Source: an uncultured Acidobacteriota bacterium
GTDB lineage: Bacteria > Acidobacteriota > Thermoanaerobaculia > UBA5066 > DATFVB01
Reading direction: 5' to 3'
Assembly (NCBI GenBank): GCA_963813155.1
Contig: CAWEYG010000005.1
Coordinates: 128,001-192,000, forward strand
DNA length: 64,000 bases
In this document: positions 21,506 to 30,096 of the stretch, piece by piece
Layout of the letters: each line of letters begins with the position of its first letter
Position numbering within the stretch: position 1 is the first letter of the stretch
Program-made: the position numbers and the translations under genes
The notes under the pieces: generated by a model
The model's input: the letters and a program-made list of their open reading frames with translations, nothing else
Told to the model about the DNA's origin: nothing
The model's database searches: none

Positions 21506-22435
21506 TCAGATCGGTTCCCGGTAGCGTCGCAGCCGCACCGCGGCCGCCAGACAAACGGCGGCGAACGCGAGCCCGATCCAGAAGCCCGGGCTTGCGAGGA
21601 ATTGACCCGGGCTCGCGGAAGGCATCGAAGACATCGACATGTTCTTGCCGGCGGAGGCCATGTCTTCGGGACCGCCCACGAAGCGGTGCCGGAGCAGGTC
21701 GGCGAAATGCGACGTGTTGAACGCGATCTTTTCGACGAGGCCGATCGTGAGCGGCGGCAGCACGGCCCAGAGAAATGGGGCGCGCCGCGACCAGGCCGAG
21801 ACCAGCAGCAACCAGCCCCAGAACGGCGCCCACCAGAGGGCATGGACCGCGACGAGGTGATAGAGCAGCCTCAGCCCGTCGGGAAAAAGATCGAACCGCG
21901 CCCACGTCGTGGCGGCAAGACCGCTCGGCAGCAGGACGAGGCTGCTCCAGAGCATCATCACCAGTTGCAGGGTGACGGTGACGGCGAACGTGATCAGCGG
22001 GAGGACCACGAACGGAATGCTCGCCTTCGAGAGAACGGTCGTCAGATCGGAAACCGGCAGCGACTTCCAGAACAGGATGCTCCGATCGCGGCGTTCGCCG
22101 TGCAGCGCGTCGAGACAGTAGAACACGCCGACGACCATCGTGATGAACATGATCAGGAGCGCGGCGAAGTTGTACGGCTGCCCGATGGCGGCCCGCTGCT
22201 GCGCCGCGTTGAGCAACAAGACGGCGCGGCGACGGGACGGCATGCCGACCGCGCTCACGACGAACCCGATGAACGCGACGGCAGCGGCAACGAGCGGCGC
22301 GATGTAAAGCGAACGGTTCTCCCACAGTTCGCGCCGCACCGACCAGTACAGGGGTCGAGTTTCCGACAGGGTCGAGGGAGCGGTCTCTTGCGGGTCGACC
22401 GCGGACCCGGCCGCGGTGCTGGCTGGAAAATTCAT
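21506..22435 (-). CDS. ABC-2 type transporter permease
   Basis: SVRRELWENRS, YCLDALHGERRDRSILFWKSLPVSD, multiple TM segments. Confidence 0.88.
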   Translation of the reverse strand: MNFPASTAAGSAVDPQETAPSTLSETRPLYWSVRRELWENRSLYIAPLVAAAVAFIGFVVSAVGMPSRRRAVLLLNAAQQRAAIGQPYNFAALLIMFITMVVGVFYCLDALHGERRDRSILFWKSLPVSDLTTVLSKASIPFVVLPLITFAVTVTLQLVMMLWSSLVLLPSGLAATTWARFDLFPDGLRLLYHLVAVHALWWAPFWGWLLLVSAWSRRAPFLWAVLPPLTIGLVEKIAFNTSHFADLLRHRFVGGPEDMASAGKNMSMSSMPSASPGQFLASPGFWIGLAFAAVCLAAAVRLRRYREPI

Positions 22436-23314
22436 GCGGTCACTCCTTGTCCGAACCCCGTTCCGGCCGGATTGCCCATCACGGCCACGAACACGTCGGC
22501 GATGCCGGGTGTGCGGACGTCGCCGAGCTCGGCGAGCTTCTGACGATCGGCGCGATCGAACAGGAGGAGGGTGCGGCCGATCGCCTGACGCTCGTGGATG
22601 GGCTTGAGCGCCCTTGCCGCCGCCATGTGATCGGGATGCACCATCACTTCCACGATAACGCGATTCGAAATCTTCCATGCTGCATTCGAGCACGATGCGG
22701 CCGCGGTCGATGAACATGAGGTCGGTGAGGACGTCCTGGATCTCCTCGACCTGATGCGTCGTGACGACGATCGTGCGGCTGCGATCGAAGTAATCGTTCA
22801 GCAGCGAGTCGTAGAACTGTTTGCGGTAGAGGATGTCGAGGCCGAGCGTCGGCTCGTCCAGCACGAGCAGTCGCGCGTCGATGGCCATGACCAGCGCGAG
22901 GTGCAGCTGGGCCACCATGCCCTTCGACAGCTCCCGGACCTTGCTCGCGCGCGGGATCGTGGTTCTTGCGAGAAAGCCCTCGGCCTTCGCGCGGTCGAAT
23001 CGCGGATGCACGCCGGCGACGTAGTCGAGGGCTTGCGAGACTCGAATCCAGCGCGGCAGCACCGCGACGTCGGCGATGAAGCAGACGTCGCGCATGACCC
23101 GGTCGCGCTCGGTCCAGGGATCGCGTCCGAGCACCCTCAGTTCGCCCTGATACGAGGTGAGGCCGAGGATCGCGTTGAGCGCGGTCGTCTTTCCGGCGCC
23201 GTTGGGGCCGACGATCCCGAGGATGCGGCCCTCTTCGACGCGCAGGTCGATGCCGTCGAGGGCGACGGTCGCGCCAAACGCCTTCCGGAGCCCGCGGGCT
23301 TCTATCGTTGCCAT
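22432..23314 (-). CDS. ABC transporter ATP-binding protein (one extra base near 22655)
   Basis: GPNGAGKTT, LSKGM, LDEPT; natural C-terminus (VEVMVHPD...IADVFVAVMG) lies in another frame; span 883 nt = 3n+1. Confidence 0.85.
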
Positions 23315-23318
23315 GGCT

Positions 23319-23690
23319 TCAACGCTCCTTCTCTGGGACTATCGGCGGCTGCAGCAGTTCTTCCGGTGCCAGGCCGAGTCGCTGGATGGTCGCGTGAACC
23401 CTCGGCCATTCTTCCGCCAGAAACTTCCGGCGCTCGCTCTGCACCAGCAGGTCGCGCGCGCCGGCATTGATGAACATTCCCAGGCCCCGCCGGCTCTCGA
23501 CGATCTGTTCGTCGACCAGCTGTTGATAGCCCTTCAGGACCGTGAGCGGATTGACCCGATACTCCGCCGCGACGTTGCGCACCGACGGCAGCGGATCGCC
23601 CTCCTTGAGGACCCCGTCGAGGATCATCGCGACGACGCGGTCCCGCAGCTGGCGGTAGATCGGCTGGCTGTCATTCCACTCACGGTCCAT
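23319..23690 (-). CDS. GntR (YtrA-like) transcriptional regulator
   Basis: PIYRQLRD, LPSVRNVAAEYRVNPLTV, RRGLGMF. Confidence 0.93.
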   Translation of the reverse strand: MDREWNDSQPIYRQLRDRVVAMILDGVLKEGDPLPSVRNVAAEYRVNPLTVLKGYQQLVDEQIVESRRGLGMFINAGARDLLVQSERRKFLAEEWPRVHATIQRLGLAPEELLQPPIVPEKER

Positions 23691-23710
23691 TCTGGCTTCC
23701 CGGACAGTCC

Positions 23711-24307
23711 TTACCAGAGTTCCGTTTCCGTGGCTTTGGTTCGCTGCAAGTCGAAGTGGGCGTGGATCGGCTTGTCTCCCATCATGAAGGTCCAGTCTTC
23801 GGAGTGATGGTTCGCGTCGATGAGGGTAAACACCGCGTGGTGCATGTGGTACTTCGGGTTCCCGCTGATGTCCGCGAACTCGAACTCGACCGTCTTGCCG
23901 TCGGGTGACATCTTGCCGGTCATACGCGGGCGATTTCCGGCGTCGCAATAGTGAATGAGCGTCAGCTGATCCCCATCCAGATAAAGCATCGTGACCGGAT
24001 GGTCGAATTTTGTCGGATCCAACGGCGTTCCGCCTTCCTGCAGCTCGTGTACGAGCGTGTTTCCCCGGGAGGTCACTCGCATCGAGAGATGGATCGGTTT
24101 TCCGCCCGACATCGCCGGCACTTCCGGGACGTTGACCGGGCCTTCCCACTTGCCCGCGAGGGTTTTCAGGGTGTCGAAGGAGATCTGCGCGTCGGACCTG
24201 GGCGCGGCGGACTTCGGCATGTCCATCTTGTGGCCCTCGGACTGGGCATAGGCCGCGGCCGCCAGCGACATGAGGACGACGGTCAGCACGGGACGAAGGG
24301 ATTTCAT
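23711..24307 (-). CDS. Secreted hypothetical protein
   Basis: AGGAGG RBS; signal peptide; LKTLAGKWEG, LIHYCDAGNRPRM. Confidence 0.75.
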   Translation of the reverse strand: MKSLRPVLTVVLMSLAAAAYAQSEGHKMDMPKSAAPRSDAQISFDTLKTLAGKWEGPVNVPEVPAMSGGKPIHLSMRVTSRGNTLVHELQEGGTPLDPTKFDHPVTMLYLDGDQLTLIHYCDAGNRPRMTGKMSPDGKTVEFEFADISGNPKYHMHHAVFTLIDANHHSEDWTFMMGDKPIHAHFDLQRTKATETELW

Positions 24308-24409
24308 GTTCGATCCTCCTGAGGAGATTCCGGTTCGTTTCTTTCTTGCACCGCTGCGTCTTGCCGAAAGGTCATCGCGGGCGGTGTTGACTTCGCGAGC
24401 GCTCATCAC

Positions 24410-24429
24410 TGCTATAGTTAACTATAACA
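24410..24429. promoter_or_regulatory. GntR/YtrA-type operator palindrome
   Basis: TGCTATAGTT|AACTATAACA, one mismatch from perfect, upstream of the GntR-ABC operon. Confidence 0.7.
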
Positions 24430-24542
24430 CTGATGGCAATGCAAGCTATTTTTTAGCCTTTCTGAAGCGTGCCGCTCTTAATGTCTATCTAATTAGAAGA
24501 ATGACTGTTACAGGTAGCACTAGAAGTAAGATATACTAAACA

Positions 24543-24560
24543 ATATCAGTATGATATAGT
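24543..24560 (+). promoter_or_regulatory. Operator palindrome overlapping the extended -10 of the Xre gene
   Basis: ATATCA-GTA-TGATAT perfect inverted repeat; TGaTATAGT 6 nt before ATG 24567. Confidence 0.6.
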
Positions 24561-24566
24561 AACCTA

Positions 24567-24866
24567 ATGCTAGATTCTGTAGTCTACGCCCGACGGAAAG
24601 CCGGTCTCTCCCAAAGAGCGCTTGCGGAACGGGCGGGGATCACCCAGGCCACGATCGCGAGGATCGAGAAGGGCGAGATCGACCCGCGTTCGGACACGGT
24701 TGTAAGGCTTCTGCGGGCGTGCGGCTTCGAGCTCGAGGTGATGCCGCTGTCCGGAGTTGGCGTCGACCGGACGGCGATCCGGGAGTTGCTCAAGCTATCT
24801 CCCGCGCAACGCGTGCGCCTCGCGACGCAGGAAGCCCGAAATCTCGAACGGTCGCTCGGCCGATGA
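24567..24866 (+). CDS. Xre/Cro HTH protein (putative antitoxin/regulator)
   Basis: ARRKAGLSQRALAERAGITQATIARIEKGEIDP. Confidence 0.9.
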   Translation: MLDSVVYARRKAGLSQRALAERAGITQATIARIEKGEIDPRSDTVVRLLRACGFELEVMPLSGVGVDRTAIRELLKLSPAQRVRLATQEARNLERSLGR

Positions 24867-25360
24867 AAGGGCCGGCGGTTTTCGATCCGCTCCTGGCATT
24901 CGGGGCCTTGTCGAAGCAGGGCGTCCGGTTCGTCGTCGTCGGAGGTTTCGCGGGGCGGATCTGGGGCTCCCCGACCGTGACGAACGACGTCGACATTTGC
25001 TACGCGCGCGACCGGGCCAACCTGGAAAGGCTCGCGACTGCGCTCTCGAGCCTTCACGCTCGCCTGCGCGGAGCTCCGGAGGCTGTCCCATTCCAGTTGG
25101 ATGCGCGAACGCTCGAGGCTGGCGATCACTTTACTTTCGTCACGGACGCCGGAAATCTCGACTGCCTCGGCGTTCCCGCCGGATCCAACGGCTACGACGA
25201 TCTCGCGAGCACGGCGGCGGAATTCGACGTCGGAAAGGTCAAGGTCAAGGTCGCGGCGCTCGAGGACCTGATCCGGATGAAACGAGCCGCCGGCCGGCCG
25301 AAGGACCGGATCGAGGTCGAGGTGCTGAAAGCCCTGCAGGAAGAGATCGAGGGGCGTTAA
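24863..25360 (+). CDS. Nucleotidyltransferase-family protein (putative TA partner)
   Basis: [26 protein letters not shown]; ATGA overlap with the Xre gene. Confidence 0.8.
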   Translation: MKGPAVFDPLLAFGALSKQGVRFVVVGGFAGRIWGSPTVTNDVDICYARDRANLERLATALSSLHARLRGAPEAVPFQLDARTLEAGDHFTFVTDAGNLDCLGVPAGSNGYDDLASTAAEFDVGKVKVKVAALEDLIRMKRAAGRPKDRIEVEVLKALQEEIEGR

Positions 25361-26703
25361 CGGGCCTTCGCGTACTGCGGGTTCTGGGCGCGAAGCGCCG
25401 AGACCGCGCGGACTACCTCGCCGATCGTGTAATCGACCTCTTCTTCCGTGTTGAATCGGCCAAGGCCGAACCGCACGGAAGAAAATGCGAGCTCGTCGGG
25501 AACGCCGATCGCCTTCTGCACGTGCGACGGCTCGATCGAGGCCGATGTGCATGCAACCGTGTAGTCGACCTCTTCCTCCGTGTTGAAGCGCCCGAGTCCG
25601 AACCGCACGGAGGAGAACGCGAGATCGTCGGGCACGCCGATCGCCTTCTGCACGTGCGACGGCTCGATCGACGCCGACGTGCACGCGGCGCCGGAGGACA
25701 CGGCGACGTCGCGGATGCTCGTCAGGAGCGCTTCTCCCTCGACGTAGCCGAACGAGAGATTGAGATTGCCCGGCAGGCGCCGTTCTTCGGACCGGAGATT
25801 TCCGTCGGCGTCGATCTCCGGAAGCAAGGCGCCGTTCAGGTGCACTTCGTCGAGCTGCGAGGTGATTCCTTCGTGAAGCCGGTTTCGCAGCCGCCGCAGG
25901 CGGGCTGTTTCCGCGTCGAATTCCGCTTTCGCGAGCTCGCACGCTTTCGCGAGACCGACGATCCCGGGGACGTTCAACGTTCCCGACCGAAGGCCGTGCT
26001 CGTGGCCGCCGCCGTAGAAAATCGGCTGAAGCCGGACGCGGGGATTCTTGCCGCGAACGTACAGCGCCCCGGCTCCCTTGGGTCCATAAATCTTGTGGGC
26101 TGTGATAGATACAAGGTCAGCATGAAATTCTTCCACGTGGAACGGTAGTTTTCCGACGCCCTGAACGGCGTCGCTGTGAAAGAAGACTCCGCGCTCCCGG
26201 CAGAAAGCCGCGATCTCCTGGATCGGATGAACCGTTCCGATCTCGTTGTTCGCGAGCATCAACGTGACGAGGATCGTCTGTTCCCGGAGGGCGCCCCGGA
26301 CCTGGTCGGCCTCGACCCTGCCGAATCGATCCGGCGAGAGGTACGTGACCTCGAAGCCTTCCTTCTCGAGCTCTTTGCACGAATCGAGCACGGCCTTGTG
26401 TTCCGTGAGGCACGTGACGATGTGGTTTCCCTTTTCGCGGTAAAGGCGCGCGACGCCGAAGATCGCGAGATTGTCCGACTCCGTCGCTCCCGACGTGAAC
26501 ACGATTTCTTTCGCGGAGGCGCCGAGGAAATCCGCCACCCTCTCCCGGGCCTGGTCCACCGCGGCTTCCGCCTCCCAGCCGTAAAGGTGATTGCGGGAGG
26601 CCGCGTTTCCGAACGACGTCGTCAGGTACGGCATCATGGCGTCCAGGACTCTGGGGTCGATCGGGGTGGTCGCGTGGTTGTCCATGTAGATCGGGGTTTT
26701 CAT
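25357..26703 (-). CDS. iscS: IscS-type cysteine desulfurase with internal 44-aa tandem duplication
   Basis: [44 protein letters not shown]. Confidence 0.92.
   Translation of the reverse strand: MKTPIYMDNHATTPIDPRVLDAMMPYLTTSFGNAASRNHLYGWEAEAAVDQARERVADFLGASAKEIVFTSGATESDNLAIFGVARLYREKGNHIVTCLTEHKAVLDSCKELEKEGFEVTYLSPDRFGRVEADQVRGALREQTILVTLMLANNEIGTVHPIQEIAAFCRERGVFFHSDAVQGVGKLPFHVEEFHADLVSITAHKIYGPKGAGALYVRGKNPRVRLQPIFYGGGHEHGLRSGTLNVPGIVGLAKACELAKAEFDAETARLRRLRNRLHEGITSQLDEVHLNGALLPEIDADGNLRSEERRLPGNLNLSFGYVEGEALLTSIRDVAVSSGAACTSASIEPSHVQKAIGVPDDLAFSSVRFGLGRFNTEEEVDYTVACTSASIEPSHVQKAIGVPDELAFSSVRFGLGRFNTEEEVDYTIGEVVRAVSALRAQNPQYAKAR
25423..25686. repeat. Tandem 132-bp diverged duplication within iscS
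   Basis: 25555-25686 vs 25423-25554: about 16 nt differences by hand count, nearly all at third codon positions. Confidence 0.95.
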
Positions 26704-26763
26704 GTTCCTCGCTCCGGACGCGATTTTACGCCCCATTTTCTAAATGGTAATCTTACGCTTCAG

Positions 26764-28353
26764 ATGTCCACGGTCCACCTGCCCGAAGACAAGGCGTTTT
26801 CGTTTCTCTCCGCTCCGCCGCGGGTGCAGCTCTCCCATGCGTTTTCGAGGCCGTTCGAGAACGTCGTCGCGGCGGCGAGGACGTGTTATTCGAGCAAGGG
26901 TGTCATCGACGAGGACCAGGCATCCCGCAATCCGGAGCGCCGGGACGCTCTCGCCCGCTCGATCTACGCCGCCGGGCACCACACGACGTTCCAGCACGCG
27001 AGCTTTCAGTTCACGATGTCGAACGTTTCGCGCCAGTTCCTGTGGTCGTTCCTCCACAGCCATCCTTTCTACAATTCCGAGCAGGTTTCGCAGAGGTACG
27101 TGGAGGTCAAGGCGGGCAACTTCGCGGTCCCGCCGCTCTTGCCGCGGGACCGGGAGCTCTACGAGGCCTGCGCGCGGCTTCAGAACGAGAATTACGCGAA
27201 GCTCACTCGGCTCCTCGTTCCGATTTGCCGCGAGCGGTATTTCGAGCTCTTCCCCGGCCGACTGCGCGGCGACGGGCCTCAGCGCTTCCAGTCTTCGGTC
27301 GTCAAGCGGGCGCAGGAAATTGCCCGTTACGTGCTTCCCGTCGCGACGTTCGCGTACCTGTACCACACGGTTTCCGGGATAACGCTCTTTCGCTACCACC
27401 GGCTTTGCGAATCGTTCGACGCTCCGACCGAGCAGAAATACGTCGTCGGCCGGATGATCGAGGAAGTCCTCGCGTTCGACCCTCTCTACGCAAGCGTCCT
27501 GGAAGACCCGATCCCGCTGGAGGAGACGCCCGAGTACCTCGTGTTCGAGCGCCTCGCGAATCGGAGCTCCGGCTCGGCGGAATTCCGCCGCGAATTCGAC
27601 GCTTCGCTCGGCGGGCGAACGTCTCTTCTCGTCGACGCGAAGGCGCGCAACGAAGAGATCCTGGCGTCGTCCGTGCGAGAGGTTCTCGGCCTCGCGAGCG
27701 CGGAAATGACCGACGACGAGGCGATCGCGCTCTGCCTCGACCCGGGCAAAAACCGGCTGCTCGGCGAGACGCTGACGTTGACGACCCACGGAAAGCTGTC
27801 GCGCGCGATGTTCCATCCCGGTTACACGTTCCGCAAGAAGCTCTCCCACACGGCCGACTCGCAGGACCAGCGCCACCGGATGACGCCCGCCTCGCGCCCC
27901 GCGCTCGGGGCATACCTGTCCGACGAGCCCGATTACCTCGTTCCGATGCTCGTCGACGAAGTTCCGGAGGCCGCGGCGCTCTACCGTGAAACGATGGAAG
28001 AAACGTGGAACGCGATCGGAAGACTGCGCGCGGCGGGCGTCGCGGACGAGTTCGCGGCCTATCTCCTGCCCAACGCCGTGCCGATCCGGTTCACCGAATC
28101 GGCCGACCTGCTGAACCTCCACCACAAGATGGCGATGCGCCTCTGCTACAACGCGCAGGAAGAGATCTGGAAGGCGTCCGTCGAAGAGGCGACGCAGATC
28201 CGCGAGGTGAACCCGCGCATCGGCAAGTGGCTGCTTCCTCCGTGCGGCCTGCGCCACGCCGCGGGCGTGCGCCCCGTTTGCCCGGAAGGGGACCGCTTCT
28301 GCGGCGACATCGTGTGGAAGAAGGACTTGCCGGAGTACCGCCGCAAGCTGTAG
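26764..28353 (+). CDS. thyX: FAD-dependent thymidylate synthase (ThyX) family, tandem two-domain form
   Basis: AARTCYS, GHHTTFQH, VSRQ, EQVSQRYV, QEIARYVLP; second domain QDQRHRM, YLLPNA, RLCYNAQEEI. Confidence 0.8.
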   Translation: MSTVHLPEDKAFSFLSAPPRVQLSHAFSRPFENVVAAARTCYSSKGVIDEDQASRNPERRDALARSIYAAGHHTTFQHASFQFTMSNVSRQFLWSFLHSHPFYNSEQVSQRYVEVKAGNFAVPPLLPRDRELYEACARLQNENYAKLTRLLVPICRERYFELFPGRLRGDGPQRFQSSVVKRAQEIARYVLPVATFAYLYHTVSGITLFRYHRLCESFDAPTEQKYVVGRMIEEVLAFDPLYASVLEDPIPLEETPEYLVFERLANRSSGSAEFRREFDASLGGRTSLLVDAKARNEEILASSVREVLGLASAEMTDDEAIALCLDPGKNRLLGETLTLTTHGKLSRAMFHPGYTFRKKLSHTADSQDQRHRMTPASRPALGAYLSDEPDYLVPMLVDEVPEAAALYRETMEETWNAIGRLRAAGVADEFAAYLLPNAVPIRFTESADLLNLHHKMAMRLCYNAQEEIWKASVEEATQIREVNPRIGKWLLPPCGLRHAAGVRPVCPEGDRFCGDIVWKKDLPEYRRKL

Positions 28354-28430
28354 ATCCCTTCCCCTCAGAGACTTTGAACCACTCATTCCCGGATTAGTAA
28401 AAAGTCATAAAATGTGCTAAAAAGTTCTGA

Positions 28431-28973
28431 ATGGGCGCCCTCACAATTATCGCTGGAGAACGGCTGGGAAAGGCCACGCTGGCGAAACGACGGAAGCTAA
28501 GAATCAGGCTGGAGACGATCGACACGGCTGCGACCCGCCTGACCGGCGTTCGTAGAACTCAAGAGTACGCGACACACGTTGCAGAGATTGACGAGGTTCT
28601 TTTCGAATACGCCCGCGAGTCTGACTCCGACGAACGGAAGAATATTCTGCGGACGCTCGAAGAGATCGTCGAGGATGAACCGTTGGCTCTGCCGACTCAG
28701 AGCATCGAAGAATGGAGCGATCAGCTCTCGCCCGGTGACGTGCGGAAGAAGGGCCTGCGACTCCGCGGCGGACGAGAAATTCGACCTTTCCTGAAGAGAT
28801 ACTTCTCGCTCCGGGCCAGGTCGGGGATGCGCACGCAGGCCGACGTCGCGAAGAAGGCCGGTCTCTCACGGACTCACGTTGCCTCTCTGGAATCAGGAAA
28901 TCACTATCCGCAACAGAAGACGCTTCAGAAGCTGGCGAAGGCCTTTCGCGTGGACGTTACCGATCTGATGTAG
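28431..28973 (+). CDS. Protein with C-terminal Xre HTH domain
   Basis: LRARSGMRTQADVAKKAGLSRTHVASLESGNHYPQQKTLQKLAKAF. Confidence 0.85.
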   Translation: MGALTIIAGERLGKATLAKRRKLRIRLETIDTAATRLTGVRRTQEYATHVAEIDEVLFEYARESDSDERKNILRTLEEIVEDEPLALPTQSIEEWSDQLSPGDVRKKGLRLRGGREIRPFLKRYFSLRARSGMRTQADVAKKAGLSRTHVASLESGNHYPQQKTLQKLAKAFRVDVTDLM

Positions 28974-29357
28974 TCACCGCCACGGGGGCTGGCCGTCCGC
29001 CAGCGCTTGTTTCAGTTTTCGAATTCGATGATCTGCGCGGATTCGGTCCGCTTTTGAGATCGCGTTGGTCTTTTTCCAGAACAGGTCGACTACGTAGATC
29101 GTTTTCGATTTCTCGTGGATCCAGAAAATGGCTCGGAGCCAGCCCCGTTTTCCGATCGCAGGGTGCTCGACCCGGAGTTCCATTCCTTCCCCGCACGGCT
29201 CGATTTCCAGCTCGGAAGTATTCGGGTAGAAGTGCAGCTTTCTTACTAGTTTGATTCCTTCGCGGAGTTGATCTTCAGAAAGCTCCTTCGATGCCCATCG
29301 CTGGACTATTGGGAGAGGCAGAACAACATACTTTGCGTCCAGGGGATTCTTGTTCAC
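28974..29357 (-). CDS. RelE/ParE (Gp49/HigB-like) toxin family protein
   Basis: MELRV...WLRAIFW...IYVVDLFWKKTNAI pattern; 127 aa, basic. Confidence 0.7.
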   Translation of the reverse strand: MNKNPLDAKYVVLPLPIVQRWASKELSEDQLREGIKLVRKLHFYPNTSELEIEPCGEGMELRVEHPAIGKRGWLRAIFWIHEKSKTIYVVDLFWKKTNAISKADRIRADHRIRKLKQALADGQPPWR

Positions 29358-29837
29358 GACTCCGACGGTCCCCTCTTATTCGAGTTTGTGTACTCGTCGA
29401 CGAGCCGCTCCGCCTGTGAGGTCGCGTAGTACTGATCGCCTTTCTTGCCCAAATAACCCATGATGACCGCGCGACCGTACTGGGATTGAGCGGGAAGCTT
29501 TCCCTCTTTAGCATCCCGGAAGGCAGCGGTGATGTCCTTGAACCCAAATGTCTTGAGTTGCTTCTCCCTTTCCAGGTAAACCGCCAGCACCGCGATGCGC
29601 TTCGTCATTATTTTGTAGGCGAACTTCCGCAAGTATTCCTGAGGTGAGACGGGCTTTGAGAACATGGAGGCGATTCGCGGGGCGGTTCTTCGGCGCTTCG
29701 CCCCGTTCCTCCGCCTGAGGCTTTCCCCCGAAGGCGTCAAGGGCGTAAGTCAGGACGCGGAATCGGGAGGACTCGCTGAGCGGAGTGAGGATCTCGATGA
29801 GTTTCTTCAGAGCTTCGACTTCATCAGTAACATTCAT
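29354..29837 (-). CDS. Hypothetical protein, possible winged-helix C-terminus (frameshift near 29680-29720)
   Basis: MNVTDEVEALKKLIEILTPLSESSRFRVL joins PVSPQEYLRK...RIAVLAVYL...GYLGKKGDQYYATSQAE in another frame; GTGA overlap with the toxin gene. Confidence 0.55.
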
Positions 29838-29938
29838 AACATGGAAATAAGTATCATAAGTACTATGTACAGTCAAACTCGTGATCTGCTCGCCGGCGGA
29901 AGGGACATGCAAGAGAGAAATCGAGGATTCTCCGGCCC

Positions 29939-29968
29939 AAAAAAAAGGCGGGCCCTCGTGGGCCCGTT
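29939..29968 (-). terminator. Rho-independent terminator
   Basis: Minus strand: CGGGCCC-ACGA-GGGCCCG hairpin, then CC and T8. Confidence 0.85.
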
Positions 29969-29990
29969 TCGGGAAGGAAAGGAAGGATAC
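29939..29990 (-). ncRNA. Candidate sigma54-dependent small RNA (~52 nt)
   Basis: Between a -24/-12 promoter and an intrinsic terminator: GUAUCCUUCCUUUCCUUCCCGAAACGGGCCCACGAGGGCCCGCCUUUUUUUU. Confidence 0.6.
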
Positions 29991-30001
29991 CTACTAGTAC
30001 G

Positions 30002-30016
30002 GCAAAAGCCGGGCCA
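30002..30016 (-). promoter_or_regulatory. Sigma54 (-24/-12) promoter
   Basis: Minus strand TGGCCCGGCTTTTGC: TGGC-N7-TTGC with exact GG-N10-GC spacing. Confidence 0.65.
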
Positions 30017-30096
30017 GGTTTCGATTTCGTCTTTTCAGTAATTTAGGAACGTCAGGCGACTGCCGTTTTGGCGATTCAGGACAAATCGTCCGATTT

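Noticed and set aside
21506-23314. Apparent ABC ATPase-permease fusion (602 aa ORF)
   Set aside because: One extra base near 22655 explains it: the normal ATPase C-terminus is in another frame and the permease has its own ATG at 22435. Probably a sequencing indel.
25423-25686. Diversity-generating retroelement TR/VR pair in iscS
   Set aside because: Differences are at synonymous third positions rather than adenine-specific, and no reverse transcriptase is present.
28355-29905. TCCCTTCC/GGAAGGGA inverted repeat as transposon ends of the toxin islet
   Set aside because: Only 8 bp, with no target duplication or transposase; compatible with chance.
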